A stretch of DNA of 64,000 nt from Stegostoma tigrinum. Taxonomy: Eukaryota. Below, in pieces: positions 1 to 13,100 of the stretch. The notes under the pieces were generated by a model. The model was given only the letters and a program-made list of their open reading frames with translations, did no database searches and was not told where the DNA came from. How positions within the stretch are numbered: the first letter of the stretch is position 1; the number at the start of each line of letters is the position of its first letter. The position numbers were made by a program, and so were the translations under genes. Where the stretch lies: contig NC_081368.1 in the NCBI RefSeq assembly GCF_030684315.1, positions 33,289,899 to 33,353,898 on the forward strand, given 5' to 3'.

Positions 1-2760
1 ATGTGGAGCCTTATCAAATGCCCTGCTAAAATCCATATATACCACATCCACTGCTCTACCTTCATCAATGTGTTTTGTCACATCCTCAAAGAATTCAATA
101 GGGCTTGTGAGGCATGACTTGGTCCTCACAAAGCCATGCTATTTCTAATCAAACTGTGCTTTTCTAAATAATTATAAATACTATCTCACAAAATCCTCTC
201 CAATAATTTGCTCAACACAGAAGAAAGACTGACTGGTCTATAATTTCCATGATTATCCCTATTCTCTTTCTTTGAACAAGGGAATAGCATTTGCCACCCT
301 CCAATCTTCTGGTCCTACTCCAGTGAACAGTGAGGATGCAAAGATCATTGTCAAAGGGGCAGCAATCCCTTCCCTCACGTCCTCTACAAACCTTAGGTAT
401 ATCCCGTCTGGCCCAGGGGACTTATCTATCCTCACATTTTTCAAAATTTCTAGCATATCCTCCTTCCTATCATCAACCTGTTCGAGCATATCAGCCTGTT
501 TCATGCTGTCCTCACAAATGTCAAGGTCCCTCTCACTGGTGAATACTGGAGCAAAATATTCATGAAGGATCTTACCTACCTCCTCTGACTCTACTCACAA
601 GTTCCCTCCACTAACCCTGATTGGCTCTACCCTCACTCTGGCCATCCTCTTCTTCCTCATGTAAGTATCGAAAACCTTAAGGTTTTCTCATACCCTCTTT
701 TAGCTCCCCTAAGTCCATTCTTCAATTCCTACCTGGCTACCTTGAGACCTCTAGAACCCAGTCCAATCCTAGCTTCCTCAACCTTAAGTAAGCTTCCTTC
801 TTCCTCTTGACTAGGTGTTCCACGTGTCTTGTCATCCAAAGTTCCTTCACCTTCCCATCCCTTCCTTGCCTCAGTGGGACAAATCTATCCAGTAGTTGTA
901 GCAACTGCTCCCTAACCAACCTGCACATTTCTGTCGTGCATTTCCCTGAGAACATCTGATCCCAACTGGTGCTCCATAGTTCTTGCCTAATAGCATTGTA
1001 ATTCCCCCTCCCCCAATTAAATACTTTCCCATGCTGTCTGCTCCTATCCCTCTTCATGGCTATAGTAAAGGCCAGGGAGTTGTGATCCACATCACCAAAA
1101 TGCTCTCCCACCCAAAGATCTGACATCTGGCCTGCTTCGTTGCCAAATATCAAATCCAATATTGCCTCCCCTCTAGTCAGCCTGTCTACATATTGAGTCA
1201 GAAATCCTTCCTGGACACACCTGACAAATTCTCCTTCATCCAAACTATTTGCATTTAGGAGGTTCCAGTCTGTATTAGGGAAGTTGAAGTCGCCCATGAC
1301 AACAACCCGATTACTTCTGCACCATTCCAAAATCTGGCTCCCAATCTGTCCCTCAGCATCTCTGTTGCTAATGGGGGGGGGGGGGGTGGTTTCTATAGAA
1401 AACTTACGAAAACTTCCAATAAAGTGACCGCTTCCTTCCTGTTTCTGGCTTTCAAACATACTGACTCAGTGGAGAAACCCTCCTCCATGGCCTCCCTTTC
1501 TGCAGCTGTGATAGCATCCCTGGTTAGCAATGCTACTCCCCCACCTCTTTTACCTCTCTCTCTATTTCTTTTGAAACATCTACAGCCTGGAACATCCAAC
1601 AACCTTTCCTGCCCCTGTGTTATCCTAGTCTCTGTAATGGCCAAAACATCATAGTTCCAGGTACTGATCCATGCGCTAAGTTCGTCACCCTTATTCCTGA
1701 CACTTCTCATTGAAGAAGACACTACTGAACCCGTCACACTGACTGCCACTTTGCCCTATCAAATGCTAATCCTTCCTCATAGATTCTCTGCTTGCTCTAT
1801 CTATCTGAACACTGGCTACCCCATCCTCTGATCTGTAGCTTTGGTTTCTATCCCCCTGCCAAATTAGTTTAAACCCTTCCAAAGAGCTCAAGCAAACGCC
1901 CAGGATATTGGTGCTCCTCCAGTTCAGGAACAATCTTTCCTTTCTGTAACAGGTCCCACCTTCCCCAAAAGGTATCCCAATGATCCACATAGCTGAAGCC
2001 CTCCCTCCAACATGAGCTCTGTAGCCACATGTTCAGCTGCACTCGCTTTCTGTTTCTGGCCTCACTATCCCGTGGCACTGGTAGTAATTCTGAGATTACT
2101 ACTCTGCTCATCCTGGCTTTCAGTTTCCATCCTAGCTCCCTATTTTCACTTTTCAAGTCCTCGTCCCATTTCTGAGCTATGTCATTGGTACCGATGTGTA
2201 CCACGGCTTCTGGCTGCTCTCCTTCACACTTAAGAATCTTGAAGACTCGATCCGAGACATCCCTGACCCTGGCACCTGGGAGGCAACATGCCATCCAGAA
2301 ATCTCCCTCGGTACCACAGAATCTCGTGTCTGTTCCCCTAACCAGTGAATTCGCTGTCACTATCAATCTCCTACTCTCCCCACTTCCCTTCTGAGCCATA
2401 GAGCCAGGCTCAGTGCCAAAGACCTGGCCAGTGTGGCTCGCCACTGGTAGGTCATCCTCCCAACAATATCTAAAGTGATATACTTATCATTGAGGGAAAC
2501 AGCCACATGGGATCACTGCACTGTCTGCCTATTCCCTCTCCCCATTCTGACAGTCACCCAGCTAAGTTTGTCTTGCACCTTGGGTGCGATAACCTCCTTA
2601 TAACTCCTCTTTATCACGCCCTCAGCCTCCTGAATGATCCAGAGATCATCCAGCTCCAACTCCCTCATGTGGTCTGTAAGGAGCTGGAGTTGAGTGCAGT
2701 TCTCGCAGGTGAAGTCAGAAGGGACACTGGTAATGACAATACCCGACTGTCATAGTTCAC
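1..2760 (-). mobile_element. CR1 LINE, 5' part of a near full-length decayed copy (ORF1 Zn-finger/leucine zipper + SGNH esterase; ORF2 AP endonuclease and start of RT); continues beyond the window's left edge
   Basis: ORF 1869-2444 has CR1 esterase motifs (SLVRG, CLPGARVRDV, VHIGTNDI). Near 2630-2715 the minus strand reads FTCENCTQLQLLTDHMRELELDDL. ORFs 1393-1749 and 737-1459 carry APE motifs (AITET, GGGVALL, MGDFN, ILDL). ORF 259-504 has KSPGPDGI and DWRVAN. Multiple frameshifts and stops. Confidence 0.93.
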
Positions 2761-2764
2761 TTAT

Positions 2765-2901
2765 TGGCTCACGCTCCCACCACTCCCGCTGCTCAAATCA
2801 AGTAGGCTGCTGACTCACAAGGTAAGTTTTTATAAGGGAAAACCTTATCATCCCGGCCGCACCCTGGCTCACGCTCTCACCAATCCTGCTGTTCAAATCA
2901 A
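2765..2901. repeat. Pair of 37-bp direct repeats, 100 bp apart, at the 5' end of the CR1
   Basis: tggctcacgctcccaccactcccgctgctcaaatcaa (2765-2801) and tggctcacgctctcaccaatcctgctgttcaaatcaa (2865-2901). Confidence 0.8.
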
Positions 2902-3712
2902 TTTCCCCTGCTTATTTTGGGAAATCAAGGCTACTTTCAACATCCATTCATCCACAAAGTTTAATAACTCAACATACGCAACGATCCACCCAGATTTTCA
3001 TACATTTTTTACAAAAAATCAAGGATTTTCTCTTTCGATATTTTATTCCCACAACACACATCTTTCCTGTTCTTGACAAAATTCAAGGAGTGTAAAGGAT
3101 GTAAATTCACCCATTCATTAGCACAAGCTGTGTACCCTCTTAATAATTATCTAGATGCTAGAGCTTAGCCTTCATGTGCCTTTACTTGTCCTTGGTTGAT
3201 GCCTAGTTGAAAGCAAACTGCCAGCTATCATTAAACCTACCAATAACTAGGAGATGTTTAATAGCCAAGCAGGGGATGACTGAGTATTGTTGGGCAACTG
3301 CTGTCTTGCTAAGTGAAATAAATCAATAAATAGAATAAAACATTTGATCCTTGCTCCCAAATCCTGCATTTTGAATTGCTTTGAAAAAAATCAGCCATCA
3401 AAATTGCAAAAGATGAAAATAAGGGTCAAATATGATATGACTGAGTGCAGCTGAACTTTGAATGCAAATGTCTAGAGTTTGGAATTGTCCTGCTTTCATT
3501 AGGACACAATTCATCAGAATTTCAGGTACGCAAATCTTTCGTATTTCTCTTTCCTTCCTTTTCAGAATTCTCTACTATTACTTTTTTTTAAATTTTCTAT
3601 GTGATTTATATTGTTTTTAATACTATCTTTATACTGCATTCATATTTTAGTTTTAAGCTTTCTGCTTCAGTGTAATAGTTTAGCTCTTTCCTGCCAGTCA
3701 CCTTCAATGTAA

Positions 3713-3832
3713 ATGAAGACGGGTCCCGAACCGAAACATCAACTTTACTGCTCCTCTAGCACTGCCTGGCTTGCTGTGTTCCTCCAGCTCCAAACTGTGT
3801 TATCTCTGACTCCAGCATCAACAGTTCTTACT
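3713..3832 (+). mobile_element. Short Penelope-derived interspersed repeat with a degenerate hammerhead core
   Basis: atgaagacgggtcccgaaccgaaacatc followed by the family body ctgcctggcttgctgtgttcctccagctc...tccagcatc, also seen at 28.4, 38.3 and 51.3 kb. Confidence 0.7.
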
Positions 3833-4329
3833 TTCCCTTAACGTAAAAACACCTAGCTGTGACTGAAAGGTAACCTCAATGACCTTGGACGAGTTTAGGA
3901 ACAGACCGCTGTGCAAAGACACAGAGACACGTGGACCTGTTTTTGCACCTAGGAATGCTTAGGAAAAATACTCAGATGGCATTTAATGTCAGATTCAGGA
4001 CAGTATTAATACTGGGGACATTGTCCAACTTGAAGGTGGGAGGTTCACAATGCTGGGGCCCAGGGACCTTTCCCAATCAGACTGGATTTCACAAGAACAG
4101 AGCCATGGACTTTCACCATTGGAATGGGTTATGCAAGGCTTGTGTCAAGCAACAGGGAGAGAAATCCAAGTGCCAACTGTCACACAGGAGTCCCCAACAG
4201 GCAGGAGGCTCAGTTGATGATGTCTTAAGTAGTTTAAGCTAACATATGCCATCTAATGAGTGAATCTATCGAAATTACATCAAAATGCACATCTTCTGGA
4301 ATTCATTTCGATCAAACCTTAAAAGAATC

Positions 4330-6000
4330 CATTAGGCACATTCACTGTAACAAATCGAGGCAGGCATACAGGAAAGCACCAGACAGCATACCATTCAAGA
4401 ACCATTTGCGTGTTGGAAAACAATGACAGTGACGGCTTCACTCTGTAACTCTGCACCTTGGGTCGCTCAGCTACACAAGGGGGTGAGAAGCAAGAGTCCA
4501 AAGGAAATAATAGTAATGGCTCAATATGGAGAGGTGCATACAGGCATTTCTGTGACTCCAGGATGGTGTATTGCCTCACTAAGGTCAGGATCAGGGATGC
4601 CACTGAGCAGCTACAGGGCATCCTGAAGTGAGGTGATGAAGTATCAGAGGACATGGCACATGTTGGTGCCAATGATTTAGGGAGAATTAGAAATGAGGTC
4701 TTGCATTAAAAAAGTGTGTTTGGCAATAGATTAAAAATCAGGACCTCAAATGTTGTAATCTATGGATTACTGTCATTGCCATGTACTAGTGAATACAGAA
4801 ATAGGAGGACAGAACAAAGGAATATGTGTCTCATTCAGTGAGAGGGGTTTTAGAATCCTGGATCACTGAAAGTTTCTCAGTAAGATGTGACCTGTAGAAG
4901 GGGAGTGTTCTGCACCTGAAGCTGAAAGTGACGAACAGCCTTGCTGTGTTTGCTAGTCCTGTTGGGTAGCATTTAAACTAGCTCAGCTGGGGAAGGGGAT
5001 ATACCATAACTTAGTAAAGGAACCAAGGCAGGGGGATTTCGGCCAAGTTTTGACTCAAGGGAGCAAGGCAAGTTTGGATTTCCTTTACTTTAATGATGAG
5101 TATTATAGATAAGACAGATGGGTTGAGTGTGGATTAACACATGGAATTGTGACATTGTTCTTAGCACAGAGATATAATTGGAGGAAGAGGCAGGACTGGC
5201 AACTCAGCATTCTAGGTATAAGATCTTTAACCAAGACAGGAGTGAATGTAAAAGAGGTGGTGCTACAGTGACAACAGTAAGGAGGGACAATACCCTGGAA
5301 GGATCTTCAAATGAATTTGTGGGTGGAGCTTAGGAAGGAAGAGGGAACAGGCACATTACTGGGAATGTACTATAGGCCTCCAAACAGTCATTAGACAATT
5401 GAGGAATAGATACAGACAATCCACTGAGGTATGTAACAATAGGATAATTATATTAGGAGATTTCATTATCCCAAACATTAATTGGGATAGCTATAGTGTG
5501 AAGGGTCTAAAGGAACCCTTTCTAGAAATTTATTCAGAGATCTTTTTGTGTCAATACATAAAAAAGGTACAATAAGGAACAGCACAGCATTAGACCTGGG
5601 GAATGAAGCAAACATGAACTCAAGATAGCATGGGGAGAAATTACTGAAAGCAACCACAACACTATATTTTAAGTTTGTTATGGAAAAGAAGAAGTTATCT
5701 GCAAGAGTGTGTCTGGATTGGGGAAAAGCAATTTTTTTTTAAAAAAGGCAGGATCTGGATAAATTACACTGTCACAGCTATGTGTGGGGAAATCAACAGC
5801 AAAAATATGGAAAGTACAGGCCCAACATATTCCCTTTAAGATGCCATTTTTGAGCAACAATCCCAGGGAGCCCTGAATGTCTAGGAATATTCTGGACTGG
5901 ATAAGAAGAGAGAGGCTTTTAGCAGATCCAAAGGATGTAAATAAACAGATGCTCGACTGGAGTACAGAAAATGCAGGGGAATTGAAGATCAAATTATTAC
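4330..6000 (+). mobile_element. Old CR1 LINE fragment (esterase ORF1 + APE), oriented away from the CR1 at 1-2760
   Basis: Degenerate equivalents of the esterase motifs (ggcatttctgtgactccaggatggtgtattgcctc; gcacatgttggtgccaatga) and APE motifs (tactataggcctccaaacagt = YYRPPNS; ttaggagatttc = LGDF). Confidence 0.8.
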
Positions 6001-6394
6001 AGTTGCTATGACTAATATAACAAGGTGATAAACAAGGTAAAAAGGATCAGAGCAGGTTAAAAGGAGCCAAACTGGATAGCCAACTACTGGACAACAAAAC
6101 TAATTTTAAAACTCAACCTCAAAACCAAAACTAAATATATTTGGGAAACAGACTAACAGTGCAGAGTCTTTCAGTCTAATGAATGATCTCCAGCCAAATA
6201 TTAACTTGCCCAGATGCTGATTAGTTCATTTTCACTTGTACTACACAAGTCCTCTATTTCTCAGATCCAAAATAACATTAACAAGGCTTCCTGAAATGGC
6301 AAGTGTTCTATTTCATATTAATATGCACTTAATGAAACTGAAATGGCGACTTTAGTGAAAGCAGCCTACCTAATCACCTAAAAATTAGAATTTT

Positions 6395-6449
6395 AGGAAT
6401 GCAAAAATCACAATAAGACAGACATTTTGCTCCATACTTTAGGTTTATT
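6395..6449 (-). terminator. AMER1: Putative AMER1 polyadenylation site (AATAAA at 6449-6444 plus a downstream GU/U-rich element)
   Basis: Minus strand reads AATAAA cctaaagtatggagcaaaa tgtctgtcttattgtgatttttg. It lies at the end of a TE-poor, AT-rich stretch running from the AMER1 stop. Another AATAAA is near 6809-6814. Confidence 0.5.
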
Positions 6450-7442
6450 TACATTTTACATCACTGTGTAAGTCATTCATCAGTGACACTTGATAATGGA
6501 AGAATAACAAATGGTCATAAATATTTGATTGAGGACCTGCAATACAAGTTACAACACAAAAGGCATTTCCACACTCAATGAAGATCATTGTTATGTACAG
6601 TAGAACATATTTACAACAGGTCACACAACACTAAAAGTACTTTGCCTCACTTGATTGAAAGTGGCTACATTGACTATCATAGAACATGTTATACATGCAA
6701 GCAGAACAGTGAACAACCAACAGTATTCATCGTGGGCCAAGATGATGACAGCAACTGTTTTATGGATGTGACTAGCCCAAACCTTGTTACTTAAGGCACC
6801 TCAAAACATTTATTATACACAGAGACACCACTTGGACCTTTGCTGATGTTGGAACATATGCATATACCATTCATTGGGCAAAGCATGCATCTGTACAAAA
6901 TTATATCCAAATGTCCAAATAAGACAAAGAGCGAAAAAAGAACATTTCAAAATTCAAGCAATCTCAGTAAATGTTGGAAACACATGGGTCAGTCACATCT
7001 ACAAAGGACAAACCACTCTATTAATAATTCAATTTGGAACAACTTGCAAAAAAAAACAAAAACTTGTGCGGAATCTTTTCCAATGTCTTTTCAGTTACTA
7101 ATATTCCTCTTCTGTATTCAAAGTAATTTTATTTTACCACAGACTAGCATCATATTCAAATGCAGAGAGTGTCTTTCCATAAGCTTGGAACATTTTCACA
7201 GACTTCCGTATCCATTTAGCACAACCTCTCTCCAAAGTCTGATACCTCCAGATATATGAATGTAAAATAATAGAAAATATCGCCACCACAATTTCCTAAA
7301 ACATTTAATTATTCTGGATACTTACACAGGCATCAGAACAATTGATAAAAACCAAAAAAAACACACAATCTCAATCTTGTTAGACATTTTCAAAATCGAA
7401 TAACCAATTCTTTTTTGACAATGTTTAAAAATTAACTAGTAA

Positions 7443-7952
7443 ACAAATAGTAAATGAGAACGATACAGCATAGAATCACACCATTAGACTTAGTGTGCCT
7501 CTATCAGTTCTCTGAAATCAGTGTCTAATTATTTACAATCTTCTTGTTTGCTATAGTCCTGCAAGTACAGAAATTTTTAGTGCATCATAATACTTGACTA
7601 TATAACCCAAGATAGTTGACAGAGTATAAGTTGCAGATTCATATATCAAAAGAGATGTGTAGGGGTGGACCAGGAGGGGGAAGAATAATAAGAAAAAGCA
7701 AGTTCGTACACAGTTTACAGATAAATCAATCTAGAGAACTACAGACTTCAATTGGTTTACCTGTATAAGACATTTTTGTCTATCTTGGGTTATATAGTCA
7801 AGTATTATGATGCACTAAAAATTTCTGTACTTGCAGGACTATAGCAAACAAGAAGATTGTAAATAATTAGACACTGATTTCAGAGAACTGATAGAGGCAC
7901 ACTAAGTCTAATGGTGTGATTCTATGCTGTATCGTTCTCATTTACTATTTGT
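7443..7952. repeat. Perfect 173-bp inverted repeat (arms 7443-7615 and 7780-7952, 164-bp spacer)
   Basis: Arm 2 reverse-complemented matches arm 1 base for base when read through manually (acaaatagtaaatgagaacg...tataacccaagatag). Confidence 0.95.
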
Positions 7953-10184
7953 ACTGGGACTTGCTGCCATTTCAGATTTCAAGTAGAAGGGAAATGGAAA
8001 TTATAATGGATAGCTGAAATAAATCACTTGCTCCTACTTCTGCTGATATGCCAAAATGACTTATCATATTCATGAAAGTATAATGTATTTCAGGTAGGAC
8101 TTTATTTGGAAATAGTTTGAGGAGAAATGTTTTATCACATTCACATAGTATTTATTTCAAATGGAATGGGAGGTTATTTCATTGAAACTTCTACATTAGC
8201 AATTGTTTGCAAAATCAGGCAGAGAAGGCTGTGGCAGAGTGGAAATTATAATATCAAATACATTTTATACAACAATATTTTAGTTGTGTTCCAAAAATAA
8301 GTAATCATGGGGTGCAAAAGAAAATGCAGGAATTCCTGCTCTGTTAAAGACATTACCACATTTCCTCATGCAATCACCCACCAGCATTTTCATGAATGGT
8401 CTTGGACAATGACAATTTCGGAGGCTAATCAAATATGCAGCCACAGCCAAATAAATAGAAGAATGAAACAACAGACTAAGCAGGAACTGAGGTTGACCTT
8501 TCTCCCTTCTAGCCTTTTTAATAGTAATAAGATTATAGGTACAAATTTATCACTTATCAAGTATGCACATTGAAATTTCATTTTAAATTTCAAACTTAGC
8601 ACTAATATTGCAACCTTCTGCTGCAAATTAAAACTTAACAAGCAAATGTTAAACATAACAAGAAAAGTTTTGGTTTTGTTTCATTGTTTAATCACAGTAG
8701 ACTGACAGCCTTATATCTCTCAGTCTCTAGGCACAACCCAAGTTTGAAAAAACAAAAAATAATAATTGTGTGCATTTCTCTGGATCACATTCACTTACTG
8801 TTGCACTTCACCCAAATCCAAATGATAACATGCAATGTGGCTCTGTTATATCAGATATCAACATTGTAGATGAACAACTAGTTTTGTGTGGTATACAGAA
8901 TTTACAGTGTTTCCTTCATTATTTTAAGTGTTTCTAGTTACTATTGATTTATCTTAAATTAATAATTCTTTTTGATTATACTAAAACATTGTAAACTAAG
9001 GTGAGAGTGGGGCTTGTTGTCCAATCCCCCACCATGGACAGAAATGATTCTACAGTGACTGAAAAACAGCCCTTTGTCTATACTTAATAGCTTCATACTT
9101 CATCCACGCAAGTATTTATAGTAAGACGAGATGGTATGTATTGGACAGTTGCTCAACCCTTCAAAGAAAAAGGGTTCTCAAGCATGAATCACTGGATAAT
9201 CATAAACAGCTACTCTTGTCAATAATTAACTTCTCTTCCAAATGCCACATTGCAGGTCAAGATCAACCAATCAAACTTGGGATCTGATGGCCATCTTGAT
9301 TAATTACTACATCAAGCATTATTGGGGAATTCAAATTAGTTTTGAAATCCAGGACTTTACAGAAATCCTGATGTAGAAGCAATACTTCTTTCCAAAGTAT
9401 TTGCTAGGTACAAATACCAATTAAGGTACTCCTAAAACAATTATTACCAGATAGCCCTTTCATAGCAAAACTGAATTTATCCATGAAGATGTGACTCCAC
9501 TATGTCAGGTGACAAATTAGTCTGACTCAACTAGTTTATTATTTCTGATTGGTCCATTTATTTCAGCTGATCACAAGTGCATATTCTATTATTCTAAGGA
9601 AATAGTCTGGAGAAGCAAAAGTAGCCCTGACTTGAGAAAAACTATAGTTAAACAGAAATGTCTTAATATTAAAATCAAGTACAGGAAATCCAGACCGTCG
9701 CATTTTATCTTGTTGGATTGTCAATATGAAAAATGAAATTAGCACACATTTCGATCAGCTGATTTTGGATTAGCAGAACCATGCACAGAACCCAACGAAA
9801 TTCTTGCAGATAATTGAGAGAACAGACATTGGAAGTGCAAATAAATCAAGCTTGCACTACAATACAAAATTCCAAACTGCTCAGTCACATTTGTATATTT
9901 TAGCACAACAGTCCCGTACTTTGGCTGTAATAAAGCAGCATTTTGTATTAAAGTAGTGGAAGTTCTATTTTAATAATCCACTTTACCACATCTATGGATA
10001 TTTTAAAAAAAGGACATGCATTTCACATTTTAAAAATAGTGCTACACTCATACTTTAAAAAAGTCATATTCAAAGCCTTTGGTGAATATAAAAAGTGTTT
10101 TGTCAATTTACAAACATAAAAACAAATCAATTAAATATTCTGCAGTCCCTCATGAATGTTCCCTGTCCCAAAGTCTGTTGAACG

Positions 10185-13100
10185 CTACATATCCATTGTA
10201 GTGTTTTTGTTCCAGCCAACAGGAAGTTTAACTTCGAGGTCACTTCTTCCCTGAAACATACTATTGTTGGTAGTTGTGTAAAGTCCTGTGAAATTCATGC
10301 TGTGTTTCAGGCTCTCTGTTTTATTTGAGCAAAATGAAGATAGAGCCAGAGGTAGCCCTATGTCCCTGCATCCTTTAGCATCAAGCTCAGAGTCAGTACC
10401 AGAATAGTGGACTGAGGATACAGTTTTAGAAATGTCATCCTTCTGTCCTTCATTTAACGAAGGTGAACTATATGCTTGTCTTCCATTAGTGTTTTCCCTT
10501 GAAGAATTAAAGGAAACGGTCCCTGACTGCAATTTACAACTGTCATTTTGCAATGGTAGATGGGTGGGTCTAACCAACTTTCTAGGGCTATGGGGCTTTT
10601 TATTGTTATTTATAGGTTCCAGATGTTGTTTAGAAGTAGATAAGTTTTGAACTGGCAACTTAACAGAATTAGATTTATAGTATAAACTCAAATCTTCTCC
10701 CAGGCCAATGTGCTGAGCACCCAAATCCGTATCAAAAGGACAGAAAGACTTGGAATCTGTATTTCTCTTGTCTGAAGTCAAAGGCTCCTCCCTATATTGA
10801 AGAGGCTGCTGCTCCAAGCAATTTGAAATGTATGTGATCTCCCCAGTTTCTGAAGAAACTGTCTGACCACTTATTTTGCCAAACCAATGAGAAGGTCCTT
10901 TTTTACTGTTCTGCTTGTACTTAGGAACATCAGGAGACTGTGGGGTGCTCTTTGATGCTGCAGTGACCTTTGACAGGTATAAATCAATAAGTCCAGATTC
11001 CAAGCTGTCAGTGTCAAGGGACTTGCTCCTTCTGTTAAGGGTTAACGGAGTTGGCAATGACGAACTTAATTTACGGAGGCTGTGACGTGGAAGACTGGCA
11101 GCACCCCAACAATTGCCAAGGAAGGAATTCTGGGCACAAATGTGAAACATTCCATCATCACAATGGTGATAAGGCTCTTTCTCCATATAACTGTTGTCAA
11201 ATGTCTCATAAGATGCAGAAATTTCCTCATCCGTGACCATTTCACTCTGCTGGTCACATTCACCTTCATTCTCAACATCTACAACATCAAATGTTACCAT
11301 AGCTGGCAGAGCACGTATATCCTGTGCAAAGTGTGAACTCGAATCAGAATTCCCAAGGCTATCGGAAAGAATAGGATAAAGTTTTCTATTTGCTGTGAAT
11401 TCAACTAAAGCCTGTGAATAATTGATAGCTTGTTCACATTGCTCCTCGGTCTTTTCTACCACATTACAGGAAGAGGCATTTCCACAGGAATGATCAGCTA
11501 CACCTTTGACACACGTTCTATCCGAAGTTACATTTTTCATACCTCCTTTCTCAACTTCTTTCATTTGTCGTTCCCATTCATCACAATTCTTACTTTTGTA
11601 TCCTTCTATGTAGTTCTCCCCTGACATCTTATGTTGAAGCTTTGTAATGCTATAACTTCCACACACATTCTGGCTGCTCACCACGTATTTATTATTGGCT
11701 TCTTTTAAGCAGCTAGATCCCTGGAGATCTGTCCAATTCTGAACATCAGCTATATTTGTCAAGTAATCATCTTTCACCTTCCCACTTCTGCTCAGACAAC
11801 ATGAAACAAGTGGCTCTGTGCTCACAGCATCTTGTTGGCTTTTGACAATAATACTGTCAGCTTTTGCAGCAATGTTATTAAGTTCAGTATTTCGTACATC
11901 ACGAAAGAACATGTCCCTTCCTTGAAAGGCCAGGCCTTTTTCAAGTGCTGTCATTCCACATGGTTCCCAACAAGTCAGCTGCTGCAAATGAGCTAATCTG
12001 ATTCCATCTTCTTGAATAAAATCTAACTTGTCTTGGCCTGAAGGAAGCAGAATATTGTGCTTGTTTGGAATATGAGAAACATTTACATCCCCTGGCACAG
12101 GAAAATTTAAAATACCTGTCAAAGAGATTCCCAAAGATGGAGACTTTATTTCTAAAAACTTTTCATCACTGGGAGGGGAATTCATGAGACTATCATTCTG
12201 CTCAACAAAGAGCTCATACAAAGCATCCCCACTATAGCTATCCCTTGGAAGCCGTTCATTTTTGCTTTGGCTGATGCTATCTCCCTCTTCCTCATCATGT
12301 CCTGGAGTTGTAGAGTCATAATAACCTTCATCGCTATTTGGTGCCGATTCTTGGTGGTCACTCTGAGGTGTCACCAGTTCACTGCTGTTGATTGCACTAT
12401 CAGCAGTCGCCCTCAGAGCACAAGGATCTGTGACACTGATACGCAAGGCAGAGTGATCAACATCACTGGGCGATCTTGGACACTCACCTCCATCCTCTGC
12501 TATACTCTGATTGCTATCATAGATTACAGTTGCTCCTGTTGCTTTCATCCACAATGCTTTAAGGTATTCATCATCCACCTCATCTGGAGTTGCCATTTCT
12601 TCCCCACCACCCTGGTAGGTGACCAAACATGAGCTTCGCTTCCCAGCTGTTCTGCCCCTCTCACCAGACACTGTACTTTCAGCAATGCTATCATCATCAT
12701 GGTCAGCAGTAATGTCCCCGCATCCTGTGAGGGAATCAAAGCTCTTCAGCGAGGTTACATCACCAAAAATTAAGTTGATGTGATCAAAAGAATGTACTGA
12801 AGGTGGATCATGGTCGAGGCATTTAGGTTTTACAATATCTGGCATGCTACCAAAACTAGCGTCCATGTTAAGAATAACACCACCCGCCTTCCCGTTTAAT
12901 GTCTTAATTTCAGGTGGGCTGGCTTTCCTTACCTCTGCACAAGATGTTTCAAAATCACATGCTTTATTTTTCAATGAATTTTCTATTTTAATGGCACGTG
13001 ATTCAGACAAAGAATTTGTACTATTTGCAGTCAACGTTTTATCGATTGAATCACCAATCACCAAATGGTTCATTTTACATGCAGACTTTAAATTTAGCTC

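Noticed and set aside
1373-1386. Poly-G runs here and at about 21060-21073, and (AATGGC)n near 18165
   Set aside because: Simple slippage tracts; the first merely disrupts a dead CR1 endonuclease frame.
6588-9745. Several 60-139-aa ORFs downstream of AMER1
   Set aside because: AT-rich, UTR-like sequence with no domain signal or splice support.
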